Origin: Eledone cirrhosa
Lineage: Eukaryota
Reading direction: 5' to 3'
Length of the DNA: 64,000 nt
NCBI GenBank assembly: GCA_964016885.1
Contig: OZ024741.1
Coordinates: 145,204,001 to 145,268,000, forward strand
The position numbers and the translations under genes were made by a program. The notes under the pieces were generated by a model that was not told the origin of the DNA, searched no databases, and was given only the letters and a program-made list of their open reading frames with translations. Within the stretch, counting starts at the first letter, position 1. Every line of letters starts with the position of its first letter. Positions 1 through 12,444 of the stretch are shown in pieces.

Positions 1-597
1 CTTCCGGTACCAAGGTGATCAGATTAACATGGGAGGAGAATGTTCCAAGGCCATAGTATCTAGAATAAGGACGGTTTGGAAGAAGTTTAGGGAAGCTGCT
101 TCTTCTGTTGACAAAGAAGGGTTTCTCCTTGCGTATGAAAGGATGGTTATATATGCCTGTGTGAGATGCGCGATGCGGCATGGTAGTGAGACATGGGCAG
201 CAACTGCAATGGCTGGAGAGAAATGAAGCAAGTATGCTCCGTTGGATGTGCAATGTCAATGTGCATGAACGACCAAGCATAGACGAGTTGAGAAAGAAAC
301 TGGGTATAAGAGGGATAAGTTGTGGTGTGCAGGAGAGAAAGCTGAGATGGTATGGACATGTGATGCACATGGAGGATGACCACTGGGTAAAGAAGTGCCA
401 AGAAATCCCAGTAGAAGGAAGACGCAGTAGAGGTAGACCACGAAAAACATGGGTGGAGGTAGTGAGAGCAAACCTCAGATCGCTGAAGCGGAGATGGCGA
501 AGAGCTGCGACAAGTGGAGAGATGCTGTGCTGAATAGGGCCCATCCAACCTTTGCAAGAGGGAAAAGTGGATGTAAAATGATGATGATGATGATGAT
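1..597 (+). mobile_element. RTE-clade LINE 3' fragment (family C), degenerate, (GAT)n tail
   Basis: Frameshifted RTE C-terminus (WKKFRE..., [48 protein letters not shown]...GRPRKTW), ending gggaaaagtggatgtaaaa(tga)n. Confidence 0.9.
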
Positions 598-871
598 ATG
601 GACTTGGTGTTCATCATATTGGCCAGCTACAGGACTTTCATATCAGACACATTAGATTACCATGAAAGTTTTAGCAAAGAATGCAGGAAATGCTGGTGGC
701 AGTGCTCAAGACATTGTTTATGCCTGTTAGGTAATCTAAGTCTCACATCCATACAACAAATTCTTAAGGTGCATGCCTTTATACCTCTACTTTTGTTGAT
801 AACATTATATTCAGATTTCAACCAGAGCCCTCACTGAAGCTATCCATATGCATTGCAAGCCTTGTAAAGTT

Positions 872-1556
<685 letters not shown>

Positions 1557-2619
1557 TCAATCTCACAATAATGTATTTGAGTAAGTGCTGTCTACCATTG
1601 TCTTGATCAGTACCTTGTGAGTGGAATTTGGCTATGTAAGAACAGAAGTCACAGATAAGATTGTACAGATTTACCAGAACTATCCAACATAAAGTAGCTT
1701 GGAAAAAGAGCAGATAAAAAAATGGTAGTTATGGTTATTGTGATGTTTGTGATAGATATAATGATGATGGTGGTTATGATGTCGGTGATCATTATGATGG
1801 TGATGATAATATGTGATGTTGGTGACACTTGTAATAAGAATGGTGTTATGTTTGGGATGTTATGTACATGTATGTATTTATCTATTTATAATGCATTGCG
1901 ATGTACTATTGAAGGTGAAGTTGAACAAGCTGAAATGTTGACCCACAAGCTATTATACCAATACCCTATCAACATGACCACTTTAACTCAACAGATACAC
2001 ATATATCAGCAAACAATGGTGGTTTGGGTATTAATAGTTATAGTCATGAAGTTAACACTAATAGACGTGCTACAAAGCTAGCGTGTACTCCTAACATTCC
2101 TGTCTATTTAAGCAAGATTTCTCATATCTGTCTATTTATTTGTTATAGCATTAAGTGGAATGCTAGGGTAAAAACTTCACAGTAATGAAACTACAAAAGA
2201 AGTTGCTGATAATCAGAATATAACAACAACACAGTTATTTCTTCTGCAATAATTCTTTCCCAAAATAGCAACCTGGAAAATCTGAATGACATAAGAAACC
2301 AGAAACCATTATCATCGAGTGGAATAGTTTGCCAAATCTGATTGACATTCTACAGCTAGACAGTTCATAAGACTAAATTTGATACACACCACTGAAAAAT
2401 CTCTCAATCTGTTCATGCAGAGATGACTTCGGTTATTCAAGAAAAAAATCACAATATCCAGTGTTCATTCTTTAATGAAATACACACACACACACACGCA
2501 CACACACATACATATATATATGCAGTCAGTAATGGATTATATAAGAATATAAGAATTGCCAAGAAAACTTCGCATAATGCTGGATTTTGTTTTTACTTTA
2601 TATTGTTTAACTTTTATAG

Positions 2620-2770
2620 GCAGCAAATTGGCAGAGTGATTAGAATGTTGGATAGAATGCTTTGCAATATTCATTCCAGCTCTCTGCACTTTGAGTTCAA
2701 AACCTGCTAAAGTCAACTTTCCCTTTCATTATTTTGAGGTTAAGGAAAAAATTACCAGTCCAGTATTGCA
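2620..2770 (+). mobile_element. Old tRNA-derived SINE, second family (central gcctttcatcctt..ggggtcgataaaataa.gtaccagt domain)
   Basis: ggcagagtgattagaatg...gagttcaaaacctgct...ctttccctttcatt...taccagt. Related copies at about 16250-16525 (-), 27930-28065 (+), 33720-34370 (-), 59840-59945 (-). Confidence 0.65.
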
Positions 2771-3124
2771 ATCAATTCTTCTTCTATATCTCTTTCTTAC
2801 TTCCCCTCTATCACTTTCTTTCCTTCTCTGGAAAAACTTGGCCGTGTTCAAACCTGGAAAGGTGATGAACTCCACCATGTTTTAAAAATCTTTATGCCAT
2901 GCTATGTCACTACAGTACTCCTATAACTCCATCAGGGGCTACAAGTCCAAACATACATTTAACTCTTTATCAGCCACATAAGCTGCATGATGGAAGTTTA
3001 GCCCGAGATACTGCACTGTTAGATGAATCCAATGAGAGATAAAATTCTTTTTAGATTTCATGCTTGACAAATATTTAGTTACATAAATTTAGATATGACA
3101 CATATCACAGTATTCTCCCCACCC

Positions 3125-3401
3125 ACCCTCTACCATCCCACTGTAAAGTGATTGCGTAGGTGTCATGACAAAAAGCATCCAGCCCACGCTGTAATGTGAA
3201 CGTGTAGGTGACACAACAAAAAGCACACAGTACTCACTATAAATGAGGTTGGCATTAGGAAGCGCATCCAGCTGTAGAAATCAAGCCAAAATCAGTTCTG
3301 TATGAGCAAAACACGGTCACCTGACCTAGCATTGCCCACAACAGGACAACTCATCTAACCCAAGCTAGCCTGGAAAAATGGACGTAAAACAGTGATGATG
3401 A
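3125..3401 (+). mobile_element. Diverged RTE family B-like 3' UTR fragment
   Basis: cactgtaaagtg...aaaagcatccagcccacgctgta...ttaggaagcgcatccagctgtagaaatcaagcc...ggacgtaaaacagtgatgatg. Confidence 0.75.
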
Positions 3402-5499
3402 AGTATAATGAAATGCTAGTAGCAAATTATGAACAGACATTGCCAGATCTGGTGGTTTTGAGTTTTCAGTTGCCTCTATTTTCTTGATCAGAGTTAGCCA
3501 GTTAAATACTATTTTCTCATCACTTCATAAAACTTTCTTGTTTCATGACATCTTGAAAGTTAGTGCCCATTTTCTATTAATTATTCATGCAGCAGGCATC
3601 CTCTCAACCACGTCAGTCATTCTCTACTATATCAGCCAACTTGATTTACAAAAAAAGATCTGAACTGAAAGACTGATATAAAATATTTTTGAGATCTTGT
3701 ATTTCTGCTGAGTTTAGATATGGCCATAGGGGTATGGAGAAGAGAAACAGCAGTGTATCCTTCCTTGGCATATTATTTCAAGATGAAGTGTTCATAGGTA
3801 TTCCAGTGATACAATAGATTACAGAACATCTCTTACATCTAAATCTATTCATGTAAAGTAATACAGAGAGATCAAAGTATTGAGAGAACAAACAGATACC
3901 ATCCAATCATTTCCAGAATGTTCTCTGTCTGTTGCAACTAAACATAACAAAACAATATATAATTGTGAACATACTAACATTGCAATAAAGTGTATAGAAA
4001 TGAAAACAAAACATACACTATATAACAGTGGTCGACTTGGTAAACTTAATTATTCCGGCCACATAAATTTCATCATATTTGTTTCTTCAGAAAGCACCAA
4101 GCAGGTGGTAGATACACAGAAAAAAATTATTATTGTTTCAACCCTTTCGCTACTATATTTCTCATGAAAGATACTGCTTTTGATAATAATTTTGATAATA
4201 ACCAACAATTTAGAAGGATCTTCTCGTTATTAAGCTGGTGATAGATGTATCTGTTCAGGGTGAGGGGAAACATGAGTTAAGCAGGTGTTTGGAACATATG
4301 CTATACACATAAAACTATGATGAAAGGTTTTAAAATAAATATAAGCTTTTACTTTGTCATAGTTCTCATAAAAAGACACTGCCAATGATTTTCAAATAAT
4401 GTTTTAAATAATCAAGAAATTAGGACTTGGTCATATAATTAACTGTCTCACTATTAAACTGCTGGAACATAACAACTTCAGCCCTTACATAATCACATTT
4501 CATATGAAAGACACTACTTGTGGTTTTTAAATAATTTTGAAAATAATTAAGAAATTAATGTGATTTAGTAATATGAATTTTTCATTATTATGGTAGTGTT
4601 TGGAGCATAACTTAACAAAAGTTCTGACATGAAACTTTGATGGTAGGTTTTTAGATAAATATATAAATATTTTAATACAAACAGTTCTTTTATCATTGAA
4701 CCAGAGGTGGTTTTAGGTGGTTTAATACCATAAAAATAAATTAACAAAGCTATTACAAAATAAGTGGACAGTGGGAATTATATTCACTTCTATTAAGTGC
4801 TTCCGTGTATCTTGAAGTCTTTCTTCATGATTTATACTTCTGAAGGTCTTTCAATGTTTTATTGACTAAAACCTCTATGGAATGAAGCAAATTGCTACCT
4901 GTCACAAATCATTATGGTTGATAATATAATGTACAAATACAGTCTCACAGTTTGAATAGAACAAGTTACCCCCCCCCCCCCCCAAAAAAAAAACAGCTTT
5001 AATTAACTAGGAGTATCCTCACAATTTCAAGCCCTAGCCACCTTTCAGGATGTCTCAATAAGAAAAAGCAAGCAAAATAAGAATTCCTATTCCCTGAGCT
5101 GCTACAATTCTTTTAGAGCAATATCAGAAAATGCAGTGCAGGTGGACCTTGTTTATAAACCAAATTGGTAAAAGTGACAAACATATGTTTATCTTGATAA
5201 ATCTTCTTGACAAAGCATATTTGCTCAGTACAATGATTAGACAAAAATGGTCAAATAGATATAATTAAAGAGAAACAAATTGTCTGTGTCAAAAAATGTG
5301 AAGGTGAAAATGGTTGAAGGGAGTGCTTTATATGAAATGTATGTCTACAAATAGAGTCTCACTGTCAGAATATGGCACATGGAATAAAACTTCAATGAGC
5401 TGGGACTATTCTTGCAATTTTAAGACTGAAACTCCCTTTAGTGGTGTTCAAAGGAGAGTTGTATATGTACAAGTCTTGTTATGTACATACATATATGTA

Positions 5500-5540
<41 letters not shown>

Positions 5541-5599
5541 AACGTTTGAATATGTATAATAAAGCCAAAACAATGCAGGTATGGACATAGAAAAAAGAA

Positions 5600-6419
5600 T
5601 GCAATTGCAAAAGATATTGTTGACAAATCGTCTTTTACCTTAGATTTATTTAAATGTCCTTAATTTTCGAGATAATATCTCTTCTTCAGAGGGAAATAAA
5701 GGTCTCAAACCAGCGTTCTAAATATCTTGCCAAGCCATGCTGACAGGAAATAGTAGAGAGTATCTGTTCTATCTCTAATGTCAAAGAGTTAAAATTAGGT
5801 GGATAAAGAGTAGTCTCCCTTTAAAAGGGGTTTATTTAGGTTTTTTTTATTTATATACATGCCTGTTTAAGTGTGTGGGAGAATGCATGAAGGTGTAAGT
5901 ATGTGAGTGTGTGTGTGTGAGTGTGAGAAGATAAGTCTATTCGTAAATGTGGGGGATAGGTGTTATCTGGTGTTAGAACTGGTTTTGTGTGTGTATGTGT
6001 GAGAGAGAATAAGTGGAGGTGTAAGCGTGTGTGTGTGTGGGGTGTGTAAATATGGGGCTAGAAGCCCTATCAGGTTATAAATTGGGTGTTGAGTTCTAGT
6101 CTATTATTGATTGGTGGTTGTGTTTTATCTATAATTAGTGCTTCCTTAATTCTAAGATTGCCGAGGTTTCTTTCCTTAGTTTCTATCCTAACTGTTATGG
6201 TTTTGTCGGTGTTTTTGCATTTAACTAGGTGTTTCTTAAATGAGGAAGCGTTAGTATTGAGGTGTTCTTTTATTCTTATGTGGAGTGGTCTGGTGGTGCT
6301 ACCTACGTAGAAGTTGTTGCATTTGTCACACTCTAGTCTGTATACGACGTAAGCCTGGTGTCATAGGTCTGTGTCGTTGATGGGGCTGTTGGCTAGTCTG
6401 CAGCAGTTGTCATGTCCAT

Positions 6420-6420
<1 letters not shown>
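5600..6420 (-). mobile_element. Penelope-like element 3' fragment: GIY-YIG endonuclease remnant plus pLTR with HHR motif
   Basis: Minus strand 6418-6070 reads ...AYVVYRLECDKCNNFYVGSTTRPLHIRIKEHLNTNASSFKKHL...LRIKEALII..QPPINNR.. with one upstream stop. Flanked by (TA)n. Confidence 0.88.
5650..5695 (-). ncRNA. Minimal hammerhead ribozyme motif in the PLE pLTR
   Basis: Minus strand: cct-CUGAAGA-a-gagat(att)atctc-GAAA-a-u-UA-agg. Stem III reduced to the palindrome AAUU. Confidence 0.6.
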
Positions 6421-6471
<51 letters not shown>

Positions 6472-6492
6472 TGTTGGTAGTAAATATATATA

Positions 6493-9068
6493 TCATCATC
6501 ATCATCATCATCATCAACGTTTAACGTCCGTGTTCCACGCTTGCATGGGTTTGGACGGGGGTAGTCCCACTTGAGGCAAGAGTGATTGTCTTGCTCGCAT
6601 AGGACTGTCTGGCAGGTTTTCTACAGTTGGATGCCCTTCCTAACACCAACCACATTTACAGTGTGGGTCTGGGAGGTTTTTACCGTGTTGCCTACACGGC
6701 CACATTACAGCGTGGACTGTGTGTTTTTTTGTCGTGACACCTACACGATCTCATTTGTTTCGGCCTCGATGGCGCGGCACCAACATAACTTTACATAGAA
6801 CGGGGTGGTGTGGATCGGGTGGGGGTGGTGGGACGGGGTGTATTTGTTAGAGATGCCTACTGGCTGGAGTAGGTTTTACTATATATTTAGGTAAGGCGGG
6901 TCTTCTCTGTTACTGAGTACCGCCAAAGGTCTCGGTCCAGTGACATTGTCTTGGAGAGGTGTAAGTGTGTGATGTCGGAGTTTATCAGCTCGTCCCAGGT
7001 TTTTCTAGGTCTGCCTATTCCGTGACTACCGTCTATCTTTATTGCCCTGCACTTTGTTATACAGCTATCGACTCTCATGCGCATCACGTGTCCATACCAA
7101 CGTAGCCTTCTCTCGAGTAAACAACATCTGATCCCTCTTATCTCTAATTTATTCCTTAGTTCGTTTATGCTTTGCCGTTCACGTATATTACTGTTACACA
7201 TCCAGCGGAGCATGCAAGCTTCGTTCCTCTCTAGTCTGCGTATATCCTCTGCACACAATGCCCAGGTCTCACTGCCATGCAGCATTGCTGTTCGTATGCA
7301 GGCATCGTACAACCTGCCTTTCATTTTTAGTGAGAACCCTTTAGCAGCTAATAGTGGTATAAGCTCTCTGAACTTTTTCCAACCAGTTCTGACTCTAGCT
7401 ACAGTACTTTCAGAGCACCCTCCCCCACTGCTGATTTTATCGCCCAGGTAACGGAAGCTGTCCACTATTTCTATAGAACCCTCTGCGCAATTGAAAGAGC
7501 TAGTAGTTTGTGGGCACTTGCTGCTACTTATTGCACCAGAGCACCGGCCACATGTAAAATCTATGTTCTTAGTTAGCCTACCTGTGATCCCACTACATCT
7601 TTTATGCACCCATACTTTGCATTTAGGACATAAAATGGAGTTTCTACCTACGCCTTTCCTACACACCGAGCACGACCATTTCCCAGAAGGGACCGCCGCC
7701 TTGTTTTCTTTCCTACAAACTAGTACTTTGGTCTTAGCCAGGTTAATTTTAAGTCCTTTTGACTCTAGGCCGTGCTTCCATGTTTGGAATTTCTTCTCTA
7801 GCTCGGCCATTGATTCCGCTATGAGTGTCAGGTCGTCTGCGTATAGGAGTTCCCATGGGCAGCCTGTCTTGAACTCCTCTGTTATGGCCTGAAGGGCAAT
7901 AATAAATAGTAGTGGACTGATAACAGAGCCCTGATGGACGCCGACTTTTACGTTAAACTCTTCACTATATTCGTTGTTAATTCTAACCTTGCTGACTGTT
8001 TCTTTATACATGGCTTGTATAGCCCTCACAAGCCATTCGTCAACGCCTAGTTTTCTAAGAGCCCACCAGATAATGGAGCGGGGGACTCTGTCGAAGGCTT
8101 TCTCCAAGTCGACAAAAGCTAAGTAGAGGGGTTTACCTTTAGCTAGGTACTTCTCTTGTAGTTGTCGTACTATGAAAAGAGCGTCTGTGGTACTTTTGCC
8201 TGACACAAACCCGAACTGCATTTCATCTAGGTCAATTCTCTCTCTGATTAGTTGCGCTATTACTCTTTCCGTGACCTTCATGACCTGGTCGATTAATTTA
8301 ATGCCTCTATAGTTACTCCTATCTAGGGCGTCTCCTTTACCCTTATAACAGTTAACGATGATGCTGCTATGCCAGTCCTTCGGAACAACCCCGTTTTGTA
8401 CGACTTGGTTAACTATGCGGGTGACCATGGTGTGTCCCACCGTGCCAGATGCCTTCAGCATCTCAGCAACTATTTCCGAAGGCCCAGCCGCCTTACCAGT
8501 CTTCATATCCTTGATTGCCTTACTTATTATACTCCCCTCGACTAACACTGCTGGTCCCTCTATTGGGTCGATATGGGGGAGACTGCCTTTCTCCCAATTA
8601 TTCTCCTCATTTAGAAGCCTTTCATAGTGACACTTCCAAGCTACCTTCTTATCAGCGTCGGTGATGGCAAGTGTGCCATCGTCGTTTAGTACACACTTCT
8701 CCCCGACAATATCACGGTTTTCCTTGACGCATTGCCTAGCAATCCTGAACACCTCACGTTTTTGGTCATCGCGTTGTAGAACATGCTTGAACTTTCTTTC
8801 CTCAGCTTCCCTTCTTGCTAAGTACACTTGTCTCCTAGCTTCCCTCCTGGCCACTTGATAGTCCTCTCTACTTCCCCCATCCCGCCATACTTTCCAAGCC
8901 TGCTTTTTGGCCTTAATTGACCCCTCCACCTTACTGTTCCACCACCATGTTACTCTCCTCCTGCCTACAGGCCTGCTCCAGCCACAGACCTCGTCTGTCG
9001 CCAACAGCAGGTTTGCTTTCAGAAATTCCCACTCTCCCTCTATATTGTCCGACTCTAAATGTTCTTCC
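6493..9068 (-). mobile_element. RTE-clade LINE family A, 5'-truncated young copy
   Basis: Intact RT ORF, ~390-bp 3' UTR and (GAT)n tail. Both ends abut TA repeats. Confidence 0.96.
6887..9004 (-). CDS. RTE reverse transcriptase with internal PHD-type zinc finger (APE endonuclease lost by 5' truncation; frame open to ~9066)
   Basis: 705 aa with no stops. RT motifs NYRGIKL, QFGF, AFVDLEKAFDRVPR, GVHQGSVISPLLF, LLYADDL, FRYLG; RTE C-terminus [11 protein letters not shown]...GRPRKTW. Confidence 0.95.
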   Translation of the reverse strand: MATDEVCGWSRPVGRRRVTWWWNSKVEGSIKAKKQAWKVWRDGGSREDYQVARREARRQVYLARREAEERKFKHVLQRDDQKREVFRIARQCVKENRDIVGEKCVLNDDGTLAITDADKKVAWKCHYERLLNEENNWEKGSLPHIDPIEGPAVLVEGSIISKAIKDMKTGKAAGPSEIVAEMLKASGTVGHTMVTRIVNQVVQNGVVPKDWHSSIIVNCYKGKGDALDRSNYRGIKLIDQVMKVTERVIAQLIRERIDLDEMQFGFVSGKSTTDALFIVRQLQEKYLAKGKPLYLAFVDLEKAFDRVPRSIIWWALRKLGVDEWLVRAIQAMYKETVSKVRINNEYSEEFNVKVGVHQGSVISPLLFIIALQAITEEFKTGCPWELLYADDLTLIAESMAELEKKFQTWKHGLESKGLKINLAKTKVLVCRKENKAAVPSGKWSCSVCRKGVGRNSILCPKCKVWVHKRCSGITGRLTKNIDFTCGRCSGAISSSKCPQTTSSFNCAEGSIEIVDSFRYLGDKISSGGGCSESTVARVRTGWKKFRELIPLLAAKGFSLKMKGRLYDACIRTAMLHGSETWALCAEDIRRLERNEACMLRWMCNSNIRERQSINELRNKLEIRGIRCCLLERRLRWYGHVMRMRVDSCITKCRAIKIDGSHGIGRPRKTWDELINSDITHLHLSKTMSLDRDLWRYSVTEKTRLT

Positions 9069-9069
9069 T

Positions 9070-9100
<31 letters not shown>

Positions 9101-9299
9101 ACATATATATGTATATATATATATATATAGTGGCTGCCAACTCGTTTTCGAGTATGTCCACTACTTTATATCCATGTAGGAGAACCCCTACCAATGCGCT
9201 GAACGAGTGTGACTTTTTAGTTCAGCCAGCGACTTGAAAACTCTGGTACAAACACTACACCTGTGACAATTATTGACACATAGTGGGCCCATGGTACCA

Positions 9300-9740
9300 T
9301 GTGACGACAAGTGCAGAGAGATCTCCAGATATAAAGCAATGCCTGTGCCGTGAAGCTTTTATAGTGAGCAAAGGCACTGCACAAAGCCAGTCCCACTCTC
9401 TTAACCAAGATGATATTTACCAAAAAGAAGAACAAGTCAACATCATTGGATACCATCAGGGTTGCAGGTGTTATATCAGAGTTTTCCTTCTCCTAGAATT
9501 CTGCCTTGACAAAGGCTAGGGGGTCATCTATCCCAGTAATTTTGGATGGCCATTGACTCTTAAGAGCTCCTTTGCCCTTTGACAGGTTTTGTTTTTAGTC
9601 CTGCAGGATGTCCAAAGTCACCCTCCTCACCAAGAAACCTTGGTGGGGTTGCCAGTTTATTCGCCAATGACCCGACCATGAGACAGGTTGTACTGGGATA
9701 CATGTTACCAGTAGCATCAAGTGGTGACCTGACAAATATA
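9300..9740 (-). repeat. Interspersed repeat resembling the 5' UTR of RTE/RTEX-type elements
   Basis: Motif (minus) agcctttgtcaaggc..ttctaggagaaggaaaactctga. A diverged second copy is at ~32010-32200. Confidence 0.45.
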
Positions 9741-10399
9741 TACATACATACACACATATATAATATTAAGTATAAATTGACGTTGTAGCTGGTTTGAGGC
9801 ATATATAGTGGTAAGAAACTCTTAGGAATGGTGGCCAGCAGAAGGTCTTCAAAGAATACCACCCCACTCAAGCAAGTGTTGCAACACACACACACTACTC
9901 CACCCATGACCTCCCTGGACCCTCCACTTGGTCCCCACACCAATGTCGGGCCTCTCACCTACAACCCACAACCTATCTATCTCCTCCCAACTCCCTCACA
10001 CTACTTTCATGTACCTACATCTCTCCTTATCCAATCTTTCCTGATGAAGAACTTCTGCCCAAAACATTGCACACTCCTCCACTTTCTCCAAATCTGAATC
10101 TAATGTGACTTTATAATTTTGCATCCCTGTGTTGGTTTTGGTTCTTTTATCATCATCATGATATATATATATATATTTTTTTTAATTACATAATAAACAA
10201 CCCAATATAATTATATTGTGTTGTTTATTATGTAATTAAATAGCTCTGTACTATCTATACATAGAGAACTCTTCTTTTCTTTACCTTTTCTATGGAAATA
10301 CTTAACACACACACATATATATGTAGGGAAAATAGGGTTTGAAAAATGCAATGACTGACCTTTTGGTAATTTAGAAGGTTTCTGTATTAGTGTGCTAAT

Positions 10400-11287
10400 C
10401 TGATGATTATTCATATATTTTTGTTTACTTTAACAGGTTTCAGCTGTGTTTATAGCCCTTTCAAACAGATTTTCATTAGAATCACTTTTTAAAATACTTC
10501 TTTTCGTTTAACTTTATCGCTTATGTCGAGGAGAATATGCTTCTTACAAGGGGCGTAATACAGAGTTCAGTATTTTTTAAATAAAAACATTTTTTATGTG
10601 TGTAATTAGTTGAGTTTTAGTTTGAACTTACTTATGAAAAATATTTCCATACTAATTCATTTTTCCTGGGTAAAATTCTTACTACACTTGTAAAATGAAA
10701 AGACATCGAAATTTAGCAGAATTTGTCTTCTACATTCCCCTATATGTTGGGTTAGAGGGATCTTTCTGGTGTGTGGTTCTCTGATTTGTTGGCAGTAAAT
10801 TGTCATTCATCTTCAGCGTGAAGTCATTGTTTGTCTAATATAATGTTCATGACAGACTTTACACGTTATAATGTATATTAGATTCTCTGAGTTGTACGAA
10901 AAGACATTTTTATTTTTAAGATGAATCTATCTTTGAAATGAAATTTGTTGCCTTCTAAGAGGTAGTTGCATACTCTGAAGTGAAGTCGATTGCACCATTT
11001 TACTTTACTTCATGTACTTTGGTTGTTGTTTACTTTTTATGAGTGGATGATTTTGGAAGATGTTTTTCATTTCCTTGTCCTTTAGTAAGATAGGTAAATT
11101 TAGTTCTATGTGTGTGTATATCTCTGTGTTCTTTGGATTGAAAATTGAAGTGTATGGTATTACATTTTTTTTCTTGTTTTGCTTTTTTTTCTCAGATTGT
11201 TTGGATATCGATTTGACTTGCTTTTTGGATACTATTGTTGATTAAATTCTAAGGGTATTTTCTCTTGATAAGTAGTTGTTTCGTATC
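10400..11287 (-). mobile_element. Penelope-like element, 3' part (degenerate), split by the hAT insertion
   Basis: Minus: EDTKQLLIKRKYP*NLINNSIQKASQIDIQTI linker; YNIGEC YIG-like relic near 10750; degenerate HHR (ttgaaag-ggcta..cagct-gaaac-ct-gtt) at ~10425-10467. Confidence 0.75.
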
Positions 11288-11302
11288 TTCTCAACCCATT
11301 TA

Positions 11303-11968
11303 GGCCAAAGGTCAACAAACCGTTCTCTCATGTTGTCTTGTAGCGCACGGAGGTGCGCGGTATAAATTTGGAGTTGATCATTGCTTACAATGTTTTGAAC
11401 ATTGGCGACACTAGGAAAATTATAGAATTCCCGTCAACAAAGATTCATTTCGATGACATTCTATTTGGCCAGGAATGTTTTCACAGCATTCCTTGCTTTG
11501 AGCAAGGTGATCTTCCTCCCCTGCAAAGCCATAATGACGCTATTGCATTTGTCGACGATGTTGGTGAGGTAGGCGCAGTCTTGCCTCACATCGAGGGTTT
11601 TCTTGTACAGTTCTGTGTTGCGTCCTCGAAGAAACTCAATGATAGAGTCGAACAGTTCAAAGAAGTGAGTAAGGTACTTTGAAAGCCACCTCACTTCATT
11701 ATGAAGGAGCAGCTTGACGAATTCTTCGTCATTATCTTGGCACAGTTACCGAAAAATTCGTTCATTGAGGGAATGGCGTTCGATAAAATTGATGACATCA
11801 ATGGCCACCTGCAAGGACTTGCTCAGCCGCTCACTGAGTTTCTTCGCAGCCAAGTGTTGTCGATGAATGACACAATGAACAGCAAATACAGATAGATTTT
11901 CTCTCTTCAGAAGAGTGACGAAACCCTTATGTTGGCCGACCATTTCTCTTGTGTCGTCCGTAGCACAT
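11303..11968 (-). pseudogene. Duplicate fragment of the hAT transposase
   Basis: Near-identical to 13687-14358 (a few substitutions, one 6-bp deletion); HCVIHRQHLAAK and RWLSK motifs. Confidence 0.9.
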
Positions 11969-11974
11969 GATACA

Positions 11975-12268
11975 ATATGTGTTGCATGTGGTCCTAGATG
12001 TATGTATTACCTACTTGAGTGTTGTATATAATCCTAGATGTGTGTATTACCTCCTTATGTGTTGTATGTCGTCTAAGATGTATGTATTACCTGCTTATGT
12101 GTGGTATGTGGTCTTAGGTGTGTGTATTACCTGCTTATGTGTTGTATGTGGTCCTAGATCTGTGTATTATCTGATTATGTGTTGTATGTGGTCCTAGATG
12201 TGTGTGCTACCTGATTATGAGCTGTATGTGGTCCTAGATGTATGTATTACCTGCTTACGTATTGTATC
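11975..12268. repeat. 40-bp minisatellite, ~7 units
   Basis: Unit tgtggtcctagatgtgtgtattacctgcttatgtgttgta, period 40 (11991 to 12031). Confidence 0.92.
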
Positions 12269-12444
12269 ACCTACTTTTCCATTTTTCAATATACTACTGA
12301 TTTTGATATCAGTCGATTACTAAAAAATTGATTAACAATATTGCATAGATACCATTGCAGGCAGCTGAGAGTATAAATACATTCCTTGAAAGGAAATATA
12401 TAAATTTCAAAAAAAGGAGCATAAATGTTCTTTTTTATGAATAA

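Noticed and set aside
6802-6840. G-rich run in RTE-A 3' UTR (G-quadruplex-like)
   Set aside because: G-rich on the antisense strand and variable among copies; no evidence of function.
7077-8858. Plus-strand ORFs overlapping RTE copies (also 32927, 41686, 49452, 49796)
   Set aside because: Antisense shadows of the RT reading frame.
9590-9735. Possible HDV-like ribozyme on the minus strand (ggtcacc/ggtgact P1; tcc-tgca-gga-ctaa)
   Set aside because: Could not assemble a convincing P3/L3/P1.1 nested pseudoknot by eye; an RNArobo/Infernal search on the family consensus would be needed.
10035-10070. ctgatgaagaacttctgcccaaaac as a hammerhead
   Set aside because: GAAA is mutated and stems I and II do not pair; at best a dead relic.
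11975-12268. Regular 40-bp array as a possible CRISPR
   Set aside because: Contiguous tandem units without unique spacers, eukaryotic context, no cas genes.
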